DNA of 64,000 nucleotides from Flaccisagitta enflata (GCA_965153355.1 OZ231126.1:19654001-19718000); one strand, 5' to 3'; positions 37,401 through 49,853 are shown, counted from the first letter of the stretch. A program made the numbers and translations. The notes: generated by a model not told the origin, from the sequence alone.

Positions 37401-40256
37401 CTGATTGGGTCGCTCATAATCTTACGTCAAGAGTTTGTGTATGGTACCGACTAAGGGTCATCGGCGGCCATTTTCTTTGGCGCTTTGATTAGAGGTTTAT
37501 TCTTAGCGATGCATTAGTTTCCCCTCAAGTGACCTCAATCAATATCCTCTCGATCATCTTTCTGTTGACCTACCGCAATATGCAAATTAAGCCTGATTTT
37601 CGGCACCCAATCATTTCCATGCTGGTTCCTCTTCCCGCGCAGATTTTCCCGTTCAAAAGCGAGACGAAGCGAATGGGTATAATCGTGAGGGAGGTCGAGA
37701 CGGGCGAAATCACCTTTTACGAGAAGGGCGCCGATGTGGTCATGATGACCATCGTTCAATACAACGACTGGCTCGAGGAAGAAACCGGCAATATGGCCAG
37801 GGAGGGTCTTAGAACGCTCGTCGTTGGCAAGAAAGTTCTTACCGAAGAACAATATCAGGTCATTTCTTCATTTCTCCACTCATCCGTTCCTTCTCTTGCA
37901 CTGTTACGGCTTTATCACTGCACGATATTGACTGGCAATATATTCCTTCATAAATTCTTTAACCTTCATCTCAACCTCTTTCCTCTCACAGGATTTTGAG
38001 AACGCCTACAAACAAGCCAAGCTGGCTACGCAGGATCGTAACATGCGCGTGGCTGCGGTCGTCGAGAGCCTCGAGCGCGACTTGGAACTTCTTTGTCTCA
38101 CCGGAGTTGAGGACAAACTTCAAGACCAAGTCAGACCCACGTTGGAGCTTTTAAGAAACGCTGGAATTAGGATTTGGATGTTGACTGGTAGGCATCGCGG
38201 AAGATGTTGGGTTTAAAAGCATATGTGCACGTTTAAAAAAAAGTCGTTTATGTATTATGTGTTGCTTCAACTTGTTTGAATTTTCGGATCCTCCATATCA
38301 TTTATGCAAATTAACTTTTGCTAATCAGGTGATAAAATGGAGACTGCGACTTGCATCGCGAAGAGTTCCCGATTGGTTTCACGCACGCAGGAGATCCATC
38401 AGTTCAAACCCGTGGCCACCAGAACGGAAACTCACAACGAACTCAACGCCTTCCGGAGAAAAAACGACTGCGCACTGGTAGTGCAGGGTGAAACCATGGA
38501 AACAATTCTCAAGGTGAGTAGAATTTGGATACTGTCGTACAGGGTGGCAGAAAATTCTATATGTCCGAGGCACAACTTCTCCCTGCACTATAAGTCCGAC
38601 TTTTCAAAATCAACCATAAAACTACCAATTTTTTTGTATCTTAGCTTTAATTTCATAGAAACAATGAGTTTATACTTCAAAAGAATAAAAGATTAAACGG
38701 AAAGTCCGAAAAATCCTACTGATTTTTTTGTTTTTCTTCTTTTTTCCCCTCATTACCCTCATTTTTTTTCATAATCAAATTTATTAGTCCGACTTTTGAG
38801 CTATAGTTCCGAGGCACAATGTGCCAAGTGTGCCCCTGTTTCTGCCACCCTGCTGTCGTACAGTCGTACATTGATGCTTCATCATTAAGTGACTGAATGA
38901 ACAAGGCCAACTAGGCAAATAATGTGCCACGTGTGGATCGTCGAACGAATGCGTTACCCGACCGACAGACCAACCGACTGACCAACGGACACAGCCAGTT
39001 ATGGAGGTGCTTTGTCGCATCTAAAAAGGACTCGAGTGAAAAATTTTTTGCTACATTTTAAATTATTACCTGTTTTGTCCTTCCTAACCCCATGCTCTTT
39101 CTTTCTCCACAGTTCTACGAAAGCGAGTTCATGGAGTTGACGGTGCTTTGCCCTGCCGTCATCATTTGCCGGTGCTCGCCGACGCAAAAAGCGGAAGTTG
39201 TCCGACTTCTCCGTAGTTACGCTAAAAAACGCACCTGCGCCATCGGAGACGGAGGCAACGACGTCTCAATGATTCAGGTGAAATGAAGCGCTTGTAAGGT
39301 ATTGTTGCTAGCTCTGTTTTGATAGATGTATCGCTTGTAGAGATTCATATCTCATTCTTAACCAGACTTTCGATCGGTTTACTTCCTCAGGCCGCCGATG
39401 TCGGGATCGGCATTGTTGGGAAAGAAGGAAAGCAAGCGTCCCTGGCCGCGGATTTCTCCATCGATACATTCTCCTTCCTCGGTCGCCTGCTCATGTGGCA
39501 CGGGAGGAATTCTTACAGAAGGTAAGTGATGTAAAACTTGGTAACTCGCCGAGAGGGTATGGCTGGTCATTCAGCAACAGGAGATGGTATCCATCATATT
39601 CCAACTCATTTGTCTCCGCAGATCGGCGAATCTTTCCCAATTCATCATGCATAGAGGACTGCTGGTCAGCACAATGCAGGCGATCTTCTCCTCCATCTTT
39701 TACTTCTCCGCAGTGCCGCTTTTTCAAGTACGTGATTAATGATGGTATTTTTTTTTTTGAAATTAGATTTTACGATGCAATCTATTTGATGGTACACTAA
39801 AATTACTACCACTTACTTCTCTCGCAGTCCTTTCTTATGGTCGGGTACGCCACCATTTACACGCAACTACCAGTATTCAGTCTCGTTCTCGATAAAGATG
39901 TAACTCCCAAAATCGCCATGGATTTCCCAGAACTCTACAAAGAGCTGACGAAAGGTGAGAGCCACTGTAATTGACGTGGGAATGCGTTGAGACAATTGTT
40001 ACACGAATGATTTTGACGTTATCAGATCAGATGATTCCCAAGTAATTCCGAATTCCCATCACCTTTCACGTTCATAGGTCGGACTTTGACCTTCAAAACG
40101 TTTTTCATCTGGGTAATCGTCTCGGTCTTCCAAGGGTCTATCATTATGTATGGAGCTCTTCTTCTCTTTGAAAATGACTTGATTCACATCGTCTCGATCA
40201 CTTTTACAGGTAATTACTTCGCAATCGGTGATTGCCAATTGCTCTCTCTTTCTTTC

Positions 40257-40345
<89 letters not shown>

Positions 40346-40494
40346 CTCTCTCTCTCTCTATCTGTATATCTCTCTCTTCTGTTTTCTATCTTTCTGTTTC
40401 TCTCTCTGTTTCTCTCTCTTATGTTTCTCTCTCTTCTGTTTCTCTCTATTCTGTTTCTTCTTTGTGTTTCTATCTCTGTTTCTCTCTCTGTATT

Positions 40495-40525
<31 letters not shown>

Positions 40526-40624
40526 TATCTCTCTTCTATGTTCTCTTTCTCTCTCTCTGTTTCTCTCTCTTTTTCTCTCTTCTCTTTCTTTTTCTTTATT
40601 TCTATCTATATATATATATATATA

Positions 40625-40692
<68 letters not shown>

Positions 40693-42143
40693 CCCTTTTA
40701 CCAAGTTGTCTACTTGGAGTTGTTCTACAGGGAGGTTTTTAAAAATCATCACTTTTGCCATCATTACAATTGCTATCATTGTTTACATTGACGTTTTATT
40801 ACAAAACCCACAGCGTTGTTGATAACGGAATATTTAATGATAGCCCTGACTATCGAGACGTGGCACTACCTGATGGTCGTCGCAGAGTTCTTGTCGCTCG
40901 CAGTTTACATCGCCTCGATCGCCATCCTCGACACGTAAGAAAAAAGCATACGAGTGTGTGACATGTGTGTGACATGTGTGTGACATGTGTGTGATATGTG
41001 TGTGCAATCTTTTCGAAAGATTGATCAACGTTGCGTTGCAGACTTAGAAGTTACATTGTATGTGGCTGATGAAATGAAACTTTGTATGGGTTGCTGGTGA
41101 TGTGTTCTGGTTTTTGCCTACATTGTCTGTTAATACAATAATGGAAGAAACACCAGATTCTTTCATTAAACGCATTTGAATCTTTTCATAAATTCACATC
41201 GTGACTCGTACTTATTTAGTGGCGTCATCGGCATCGGGTTAGTATTGCATTCTATGTCGTGCAGGATGAAATTGTTTGTAGGGGCGTGACTTGACAATTT
41301 GTACCTGTAGTTTGTACCGTCTGGTCTTGATAAAGCTTTTTTAACCAGCACCTGTTTCTCCCCCTCGGTTTTGGATGCACCGTTGTTCTCCAACTTCAAG
41401 CATAAAAGGACTCCAGTATAGTAGTAGCTTTAGTTTTCTAACAGCGGCAATACTTCTCCTTCAAAGATCATCTTTTTCCCCTTTTGATCGATAATCTGAT
41501 GTTTTGCACCTGAGTTTGAGTCAAAATGTAGGCGCGGTCTGTGTAGGACCACGCCCTGTATGTGGATTTCTAGCCCAAACAACGTTCGATCCAATCTGTT
41601 TTCCAACCAACCAATCTGATTTCCGCGATAAAAAGTTAAAAGAGTAAATTCCTTACAACTTATCTCGTGTCTGTCCATCATGCACAACTTTCCCTTGATT
41701 TCTGATAGTCTATACAGAACTCGATTTATCTCTAAATCTTTTTTACCTGTTGGTCGGAAATTCATGATTCAGTATAATTCTTATTTGTTCTTTTTTTCTC
41801 CATCCCCTTTCTCTCCCCCTCCTTATCCTCAATCATGCACCCCTCATCTTATCCTCCAATGCCATCCCTCACCGCTGCCTCTGCCTCCCTCATCTCCTCA
41901 TCTTTTCCTTTCCCTTACCCGCACCACCCATCGCGCGATGTTAACAACATTGACAACAACAACAATAACAACAACAACAATACCAACCATAACAACAGTT
42001 ATTTCGATGGGAAATTCCTGATGTCGACGCAGTTCATGTGGAAGACTCTGGCGATCACGTTGCTTTCTTGCGTCCCTCTCGTTCTTCTCAAACTCATTCG
42101 TCGTCGACTGGCGCCTCCCGTCTTCACCAAATTACAACCGTGA
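20015..42143 (+). CDS. ATP9: Class II P4-type phospholipid flippase ATP9A/B (NEO1 family), about 21 exons
   Basis: Motifs [93 protein letters not shown]. Approximate exons: 20015-20178, 20792-20926, 22035-22210, 22342-22511, 22612-22785, 23368-23566, 23704-23834, 24810-24977, 26861-27073, 36559-36908, 37078-37269, 37642-37858, 37992-38187, 38329-38513, 39113-39277, 39391-39521, 39622-39727, 39828-39954, 40078-40209, 40813-40934, 41999-42143. First two exons are less certain. Confidence 0.95.
20218..20459. mobile_element. Tc1/mariner-type palindromic MITE
   Basis: TIR CAGTAGATGTCGTCTAGACTTGGAA / TTCCAAGTCTAGACGACATCTACTG; TA on both sides. Confidence 0.85.
22902..23078. mobile_element. pogo/Tigger-type MITE
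   Basis: CAGTTAAACCTCGCAATAACGGATC / GATCCGTTATAGCGGGATTTAACTG imperfect TIRs; TA TSD. Confidence 0.8.
24140..24760. repeat. 16-bp minisatellite (GGAGGGAAATTTGAAA)n in an ATP9 intron
   Basis: Directly visible tandem units. Confidence 0.95.
25335..26665 (+). mobile_element. DINE-1/HINE (Helentron-associated)-like element with internal tandem repeats
   Basis: Sub-terminal inverted repeat GTCCGCGACGGA / TCCGTCGCGGAC, (GTC)n microsatellite, internal ~140-150-bp repeats, T-rich flanks. Second copy at 55700-56430. Confidence 0.8.
27163..27833 (-). repeat. 3' LTR of element B
   Basis: Same length as 35765-36435, no difference found by eye. Confidence 0.95.
27834..27842 (-). promoter_or_regulatory. 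Polypurine tract (GAGGGGAAG) abutting the 3' LTR
   Basis: + strand CTTCCCCTC immediately internal to the LTR. Confidence 0.8.
31690..32991 (-). CDS. Gag/capsid-like protein (433 aa) with Arg/Asp/Ser-rich tail
   Basis: Inside the LTR element in sense orientation. F...D...W...FE start typical of retrotransposon capsids; homologous to 381-1682; DSRD/HDSPDRY repeats; no CCHC. Confidence 0.8.
   Translation of the reverse strand: MADSKIVTSLPIDKFRSDVDDPEEWIPLFEATVKMCLPTEVEGTQNDNCKNWFPLKLDDKAKRKYSAITSTDWTVIKSEFIKALVDPQEEYNWHARRNTIVWDGVESFQDLAARIRKAVDKYEQAAAREREYFFRFRLALPIDYRKAIDIGLAKDKRKIEEAQNIADRLRLANAEAEEESGAAAAPARAVTFTAKSMSEDRIKQLEMQVQGLAVKAESADERQDRLEKRFSRDCSRNCDSSDDRYDSRDRCSESRSRDWDNRRRRDDSRDHQSERRDEGRYRAYSGDRSRRGSFDRRDYSRRYDDRRDSSRDYSRPRYDSRDRGYSRDSRDSRGRYDSQDRGYSRDRDYDRRDRHHDSRDRDHDRDRRHDSRDRDHRRDSSDWYHDSPDRYHDSPDRYHDSPDRHRHSPDGRRDYGFHDLRQGRSRRNRGRDY
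33480..35129 (-). CDS. Element B ORF1: 549-aa Ser/Arg/Pro-rich protein with RYSP repeats and a ~110-aa globular-looking C-terminal domain; function unknown
   Basis: Long intact ATG-initiated ORF between the PBS and gag, in the element's sense orientation. Confidence 0.75.
   Translation of the reverse strand: MDRNSNRRESSSSSDGSAFSASQETPPPNACAQASARAPANNTGNGTRPRAPQQPTTSVRSVVHHHYHRIECCDDHTSAIASHLHSLAPVSSNSNQVPRPAASSTPGNPPSYEQATRSSGRRPSPNRNHNASGVCPNGERPPSCSDLRHFMSRPNSRFDAPSVSRRSPSRDSGWIPMQVLSPTGDNRQVRRLDSTPDTPRGDNRRRQPQSPDRYVRYSPVRNVRYSPPRGAHYLSPRGARYSPLRGVRQSPLRGARNSPRRSRFSPPSRGRYSPRRGRAASLCNNRNRSWGSRVSLRSSPETRAQPYHYTPPHRRFRGSPVNPRRSPSIRCGASAGRSTRMDAGISNLFCRLNVRPLPQGSARSPLAELIRQAHGAGLVPIFARRTPPAPPTGPAHADDAQSDSSATSSSTTGISSSQPSLVTTESSAAASLGGSFLDHLNSQPPFNLAPADLDRMTVGALVDSGRLRLRRVFLSDIVHIRQSQPDIDPEEAWQLFIARAIATESFENETQVIVAWRYAFRNAPRREFNNFIELPFEALRDEMRATSPQ
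35751..35762 (-). promoter_or_regulatory. Primer-binding site complementary to the tRNA-Gly(GCC) 3' end
   Basis: TGGTGCATCGGC starts 2 nt after the 5' LTR and complements ...GCCGAUGCACCA, the 3' end of invertebrate tRNA-Gly(GCC) as I recall it. Confidence 0.75.
35765..36435 (-). repeat. 5' LTR of element B
   Basis: Direct repeat of 27163-27833; adjacent to the PBS. Confidence 0.95.
38540..38852. mobile_element. hAT-type MITE
   Basis: TIR CAGGGTGGCAGAAA / TTTCTGCCACCCTG; perfect 8-bp TSD CTGTCGTA. Confidence 0.9.
40240..40695. repeat. (CT)n/(CTTT)n/(TA)n low-complexity tract
   Basis: Directly visible. Confidence 0.95.
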
Positions 42144-43661
42144 TGCGGTATACGGCGGGGACATTCAATCAAAAGGGGTTTCCCTGTCGTTCTTAAAGAC
42201 GATAATATCCCTTCCTCTAAACGGCCGCGGGAGCGTGATAAACTTAAAAAACTCCCATTCGCCTTGCTTTCGTCTAGTCTATTTTGATTCGATATATGTA
42301 TGAAGCGACTGAAATAAAAACAATCGAACCGACTGTAATGTACGACTGAATGATTTCAAAATGGCGACCAGCGCCGATCTGTCAATGATACCAACATTCG
42401 TGAACCATGTTCAAAAAAGGTTTTATTTCTAGTAAAACCAATTTAGATCATTTTGGTCGGGTAATGACAAAACGATTCTTGGGTATTGAAGTCACTCTCT
42501 CTCTTTCTTTCTTCTCCTATCGCAAGAAATCGAGATATTATTTGAGTTCCATATATTCGACTCGTGCTGTCTGATTTTGTTGGCGTCACTTTGCCTCTCC
42601 TTGTTTGACGCGATTTTCTTCCCTTCAGCTTTGTTACTTTTCATGAAAGATGATAGTCATAATGAGAAATCGGCTGAAGGGTTTGTGTTCTCGTCAGATG
42701 AAAGTTAGCGCTCACGAATGGGGAATGGGTCAGCGAATAAAGGGACTGGGCGGCGATATATTTTTTTAACGATGGTAACTGCACTTTTGCAAACAGTCGG
42801 CTTAGACTTAGTTGACGGATGCCACTCCCTCTCATTGATTGAGTTTGGTTTCTGCTGGTACATATGTCTCGGCCTAAAGATTGACAATGCGAGTATAGTA
42901 AAAGTTGTAGAGTAAAGGGTTAAAAGTGCGTATTTGTGCAACACAGAATCCTGTACGTATACTGACGAGATTGCTATAGTCTCACACAATTGGTGACGGT
43001 TGAGGGGGAAATACTTTCCTTTGTCATAGTTTACCTTCACGCCCCTTATTTCGTCCACTCTGGGTTTGCTTATTTGATATTTATGATACCTTTACCAAGA
43101 TAATTTTGTCTCAGTTTCTTTTCTTACATTTATCTAAGAAAAAAGAAATTTAATGTTAATGTGCCAAAAGCTCACTCTGCCGTTGTGTATTTTGGATTTC
43201 TTCATTCGTTTCTTCATCATTAAAAGTTTTGTTTGGAAGAGACGATCGTGGATCCGCTCTCATTTACTGACTAAGAAGAGAGAGTGAGGTTCACCATCAT
43301 GCGCTGGCGGCCATCTAGGGACCTGATGTTAGCCGCGCCGGACGATTTCGTTTGAGTGAGAGACAGCAAAAGACGCGGAATCGAGCTTCATAAATGACAA
43401 ACTTGTTGCATAAAGGGATTCAACTACAGAAAAAAAAAGCCAAAATAACAAAAAAACGTAATCGAACAACGACGAAACCGTAGTTGTGGAAGTAGTCAAG
43501 TAAATCAACAACACTTAAGCAACCAATCGTTCTGCTGACGAAAGAGCATTCCGATCATTCCAATTATTCACCTATAGATCGCCTATTTATTTGTCGTGGA
43601 GAAAGTAAGGGCTTCTATCGTCCAGAGCGTCATCTAATTGAAAATACAAACGAAAGAAACA

Positions 43662-45823
43662 ATGGCGAAAACCTACGACTTTCTTTTCAAGTTGCTCCTG
43701 ATCGGAGACTCCGGCGTGGGGAAAACGTGTGTCCTCTTTCGGTAAGGGGGAATGTGTTTCAGGTGGATGGGGGCACTGGCTTGTGAGAATTATCAGATTT
43801 GTGTTCGGGACCACTCAGCCGATAACGGGGCATGAACTCCTCACTAAGCTCATCAGCTCTTGTTCTTTCATTCATTCGTTCGTTCATTCATTCATTTATT
43901 TAAATTCATTCATTTATATTCATTCTTTCGTTCTTTATTCCTTTCCCCCTCAACTCCCCTCCAGATTCGCCGAAGACGCCTTTAACTCGACGTTCATATC
44001 GACGATAGGGATCGACTTTAAGATCCGGACCATCGAGATGGATGGCAAAAAGATCAAGCTGCAAATTTGGGACACTGCCGGCCAAGAGCGATTCCGCACA
44101 ATCACCACCGCTTACTACCGCGGCGCCATGGGCATCATGCTTGTCTACGATATCACCAACGAGAAATCTTTCGATAACATCAAGGTTGTTGTCTATTGTG
44201 TGGATGGTAGACTGTGATATCAATAGAAATGAAAGATAATGGTGGCAATGGACGAACGGTCATTTCAGTCATTTTTCATGGCACTTACTACAGCCGGAGA
44301 CCCTAGAAAAGCTGATTTTTCAGCTTTTGCTTTTTTTTCAATTTTTCCTTAACTTCTCTTGGCTAAATGAGCTCATTGAGTGGGCTAACTTCTTTTTTGT
44401 CGTGGATCTATGGTCTGTAGCTACATTGTGTAAAAAAATTGCGGTTACTAACTCAATTTTAGCATTTTTTCTGAAATCATGAAAAAAATTGGGTTCAGAT
44501 GGCACCTTTCAATTTTTCTAATTTTTGGCTTACAGATAGATTTTGAGACAAGGAATTCATCTAGAATGTCACATCCTTTAGCACTCATCAATGAATAGGT
44601 CAAAACGCGCTTTTAAATATTTAAAAGCTCAGAAATCAGCGTTTTGAGCCCAAAAGCTTAAGTCTCAAGTTGCTAGAGCTCAAAAGCTGAGATTCTGAGC
44701 TTTAAAAGCTCAAGGTTGGGCATTTGAGACACATATAGGAAGTAAAGTCTCAAAAAGCTCAACTCTGAGCTTTTGAAAAGCTTTACAATCTAACAACTAA
44801 TTGATTACTTTTGGGCTTTAGATATTTAAAAAAGTGTTTGACCTGTTTATTGATGAGTGCTAAATTTGTTGTCTAGATAATTCATGCTCAAAATCTACTG
44901 TAAGTAAAAATGAAAACTGAAAGTTGCCATCTGTTTTAATTTTCATGTTGAAAAAATGCTAAAGTGGTGTCTCACGATTATCATGAATAACCTGGGTATG
45001 GATCATGACAAAAAAATTAACATCATTGGAAAGCACATTAACAAATAAGCAAGGAAAAATTAAAAAAAACAAAAGCTGAAAAATCAGCTTTTCTAGGGTC
45101 TCCGGCTGTCTTCTACTAATCGCTCATGATGTTTACTCTCTGTCGTATCCATGCTCAAAATTGGATTCTGTGACATCGAGAACTGCATTACATCGGGGAC
45201 GGCGTTGAAAGATGGTTTTAGGCAGCAAATGCGGCGCAGACGACAGAAGACAAGTGTCCAAAAGAAAGGGAACAACTCGCTGTCGATATGGCATCAAGTT
45301 CGCGGAAACAGAGTGTAAAAGGGTTAGTCGGGGTGACAGCGGGCGTCGAGAGCGTCTCTGAAGGGCTCAGGCCTGTTTTAATGGAATGAGGATAGACCAT
45401 GATGAGACGTTTTGCGTTTATCTTTCAATGTTTCTATTATTACGTTTAGATGTCGTCTCTATAAAGTTTGTCCGTCGTCTAAGTCGATCAAGTCAACTTT
45501 TGAACACATTGAGATTTATCAGTACGTCCGTCAATCTGTCCGTCCATCAGCTAACGAGTTTTGAGAGAAATATTCACGCAGATGACGCATCTAGTTGCCC
45601 GATCGGGCTTGTTGATATATTAGTTACTTTCTTGTTATTGTTAATCTAGGCGTCAATCAACGTGGAAGAAGCCTTCCTCACGTTGGCCCGAGACATTAAG
45701 CTAAAGATGGACCGGAAGATGGACGGTGGCGCTGGTGGCGCCGGCGGCCGTGGTCCGGGAGGCCAACAGCTGAGGAAGCCGGGAGAAAAAACCACGTCTG
45801 GTTGGCGATGCGCCATTTTGTAG
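43662..45823 (+). CDS. RAB8: Rab8 GTPase, 4 exons; exon 3 is frameshifted in this sequence
   Basis: [46 protein letters not shown] and CaaX end RCAIL*. Exons 43662-43741, 43965-44184, ~45159-45322 (corrupted), 45650-45823. Confidence 0.92.
44291..45108. mobile_element. 818-bp near-fully palindromic MITE in Rab8 intron 2
   Basis: TIR CAGCCGGAGACCCTAGAAAAGCTGATTTTTCAGCTTTTG matches both ends; inverted similarity extends toward the centre; TSD unclear. Confidence 0.85.
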
Positions 45824-46993
45824 AGTATAAGAGAAAAAAATGAAATATGGCCTTTCTTTCATCAACAGCAACCATGTCTTCTCTGTCCATCTTTACAATA
45901 CGAAAAAATGCTATCTCGCACGCGTGCGTAAACATCGAAAGCTGCAAGTAAAGGAGGAATTGGCTTATCTTTCTTTTTAATGTGTATGCCGAATTGAACA
46001 TGCGAATGTCCCTGCGCCCGCGCGTGAACAGTCAACGACAACTTATGATAAACTATATCTCTATAGTCGCAAAATTAGATAGAAATCCCAATTGTTTTCG
46101 TTACATTTATATCATATACACACACATTTGAACACACAAGATTTTCTACGTATGAGGGAAAGAGTGTTTTCTATTATGTGGCGTTTGAATTTTTGGGTTA
46201 AATCTACGTGAATGTGAATGTACTTTTTTTCGTTCCCCGTCTTAAGTCTTGCGCTTTATGATTCTAGTGGAATGAGTTTTTTTTTCTGTGTAATCGCGAA
46301 ATTCTTTCACTTAAAGAAAGCACTTCATTTTTATTTTCTAGTTTTTTTTTAAATCCCTATTTCTTCCTCCCCTTTCGTCCAAACCCATGGGGATGTGATT
46401 TCTTTTCAAGGTGATGATTTTGTTTTGTTTTGTTTGTTTTGTTTTTTTCAAAAGATGGCGGTTTTTTTTTCATTTCGCCGAAGGGCGATCATTGCAGTAA
46501 TATAGTTGGCATAATTGCGTAAATCACTCACGCACCAAAGTCACTCCATTCTTGTTTTCGAAGAACGGGCCGGGTAGAGGGATGTCCACGTTTTCTTAGT
46601 ATGAAGTCCTGCTCGATTTACCTGATTATACGGTATGTTGGGGTACATCTTGTCGCACTACTATTTCTCAAAGAAACAGTAGCCTTTGCTATCTTATATC
46701 CTTGTTTTACATGTAAGGAGAAAAAAAAAGAAACGAACGAAATTTTATGCATTTTCAGCTTCTTTTTTTTTAGATTCACCCACGATTCTAGAATCTGGAA
46801 TCCCAGGTTTCCTCCTTCACCTCAATGAACTGAAATCATGTATCCTTAATCTTTATTCCGGGAAGCGTGGCCGGGCGCTTTTCGGGCCGTGAGAGTCAGA
46901 ACTGGTTTGTTGGTAGAGAGATTTTGTGAAGCAAAAATCTGACAATTTTGGGAACCCCAATCTACAGCGCTTTATAGATCATTCAACTCGGCC

Positions 46994-47314
46994 ATGTCTG
47001 GTCGTGGGGGCCACGGAGGGGCCGGAGGAGGAGAAGGAGGTCGTAAGAAACGCTCGAAACCCGACTCGAAGGATCATGGGACTGTACCGTGTGCACCTTC
47101 CACAACACTGCCGACGCCTTCAAGTGTCTTATGTGCGATACGCGTAAGGGAACCTCGACGAGAAAACCCAAACTCAACTCTCACCTCGAAGAACAAGTAG
47201 AACAGGTATGGAACCGTTGATGGACGGGTGGATGCAAAAGATGGTAGAGACTAGAGAGGAATAGTTGATCACTGCCTTCGTCCGACCGTCTATCTTTCTT
47301 TCTATCTTTCTTTT

Positions 47315-47353
<39 letters not shown>

Positions 47354-47375
47354 CTTTTTTTCTCTCTCTCTTTTT

Positions 47376-47426
<51 letters not shown>

Positions 47427-47806
47427 CTCTTTCTTTCTTACCTTTCTTTCTTTCTTTCTTTATTTCTTTCTTTCTTTCTTTCTTTCTTCCTTTCTCTTTC
47501 TCTGTTTTTCTTTCTTTCTCTTTCTCTGTATTTCTTTCTTTCTCTTTCTCTGTTTTTCTTTCTTACTTTCTTTCTGACATTTCTTTCTTTCTGACATTTC
47601 TTTCTTTCTTTCTGACATTTCTTTCTAAAGTTCTGACATTTCTTTCTTTCTTTCTTTCTGACAGTCTTTCTTTCTTTCTGACATTTATTTCTTTCTTTCT
47701 TTCTGACATTTCTTTCTTTCTTTCCGACATTTCTTTCTCTCTTTCTCTCTGACATTTCTTTCTCTCTTTCTTTCTGACATTTCTTTCTTTCTTTCTTTCT
47801 GACATT

Positions 47807-47837
<31 letters not shown>

Positions 47838-49178
47838 CTTTCTCTGTATTTCTTTCTATCTCTTTCTCTGTTTTTCTCTTTCTCTTTCTCTGTTTTTCTT
47901 TCTTTCTCTTTCTTTCTTTCTTTCTGACCTTTCTTTCTTTCTTTCTTTCTGACATTTCTTTCTTTCTTTCTGACATTTCTCTTTCATTCTTTCTTTCTGA
48001 CATTTCTTTCTTTCTTTCTTTCTTTCTGACATTTCTTTCTTTCTTTCTTTCTGACATTTCTTTCTTTCTGACATTTCTTTCTTTCTGACATTTATTTCTT
48101 TCTGACATTTCTTTCTTTCTCTCTTTCTTTCTTTCTTTCTGAACTTTTTCTTTCTTTCTTTCTCTTTCTTCTGACGTTTCTACCAGTTTGCCCTCTTTCA
48201 TCCTCTTTCTTCATTTTCCCCCTTTCTTCTCTGCCTCAATTCCATTTCGATGATTCTGCCTATCTGTAACTCTTTCACCTTCCTCCCTTTCGATCTCACT
48301 GCGCTGCTTTCTACGTCTTACCTTCTTCTCTCCACCTCAACATAGGTGGTGCGACAATTGAGCGCCCATCAGACAAAGAAGCCCCGTCTATCATTAACTC
48401 GTGACGCTCCTTCGCCTCCTTCTCCTCCTTCGCCGTTTGACCGCGACTTCGACGATCGGCCGGCTTCGTCGTCCGGCACCACTTCCGGCAAAGGAAAGGG
48501 AATCGGCAAAAACAAAAAAGGCGCCGCCTTGGCAGCCAAAAAGACTCCCGTGCCCATCATAGAGGAAGAAGAGGAAGAGGAAGAAGAGCGCGAAGATGAC
48601 GAGGAAGAAGAGGATGAAGAAGAAGTGAAGGAGGAAAAGAAGAGCAAAAAGACTTCCAGCGGGAAAACCTCGTCGACGGTGGCCGCGTCGTCATCATCGT
48701 CGTCGAAAGGATCTTCAAAAGCATCGTCAGCGGCAACGGAGAAAGTCGAAAAGAAGGCGACAACGACGACGACGACGACGACATCGGTAAAGAAAGAAAA
48801 GGAGCCTAAGACAACAAAGGGAAAGACCGCCGTTGAAAAGAAGGAAAAGGAGAGTTTAAAAAAGACCAAGAAGAATGTAACGGAGGATGTAGAACCGAAA
48901 AAGAGACCGCACAAGTAAGTATCGAACTATTTCAATACTGAACGACTTTACCAGTATTAGGATATCATGATTTCGCTAAGTAACATTTTCGCAAGATAGA
49001 ATCTTCTATTTTTAATCTCCCACACTTTAGGCTCAAAAACGTTGATCGAAGTACGGCCAATTCCATGGCAGTGACGGTAAATGGCATCACGGTGATCATT
49101 ACCGATTTCAAACCCAAAGCCAAGCTCGAACCCGACGCCAACACACAAACTGATAAGAAGATCAAGGCTGAGTCTTAG
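46994..49178 (+). CDS. RYBP: RYBP/YAF2 (non-canonical PRC1 subunit), 3 exons; apparent 1-nt frameshift in exon 1
   Basis: NZF finger [31 protein letters not shown] and C-terminal [29 protein letters not shown]. Exons 46994-47205, 48346-48914, 49031-49178. Confidence 0.9.
47290..48180. repeat. (CTTT)n tract with a recurring TTCTGACATT motif
   Basis: Directly visible in RYBP intron 1. Confidence 0.95.
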
Positions 49179-49853
49179 CAGTTAGTCTCCCAACATTTGT
49201 TGGAAACTTAGAGGTATTTGTTTCATCGTTTCCGTAGCGTTCGTAACTGCCCATGTCATCGGATGGAGTCCCACTACAAAGCGGTAGACGTCAAACGTAT
49301 TTTTCCCAGTTATATGGACTTGTTTCATCCTAATTATTGGAACTGATCAATTGTTTCCGTCTCTCTCAATCGTAATTTCCCCATTCACTCGACCACGATC
49401 GACTGTCGGAGAATGGATTCAAATGTTACTCATTGATTATGAAATTCATGTCTTCATAACCCTGATTTGTATCCTCTCGTTTTTACCCTGTGTTCTCCCT
49501 TCGTTCTCCATCAATTTTCTCATCTCGGGCCTCTCTCTTTCAACCCTAACTTTATTTATATCTGAAAGAGAATCGGCCCAAGGATGTTTTTATCCCTCTT
49601 CCCGATTTCCCCCATCCCCCCTCATTTCCCTGCCCCATTTTTACGCCAAGAAAATCTTTTCATAGTACAAAAATTTAGCTAGTATTATCAACTTAGTACA
49701 AATATTATGTATGTTTGTGTGTCTCATTTTCTTTTTGTAGGTTTGTATTTCTGGCGTCTTCGGAATTGTTTGACATTGATTTTAGGACGTTTGTTGGGGG
49801 GTAAAATCGTCCACTATTAAATCCTTTTAAAAAAGCGTGATAGCCAAATCACT

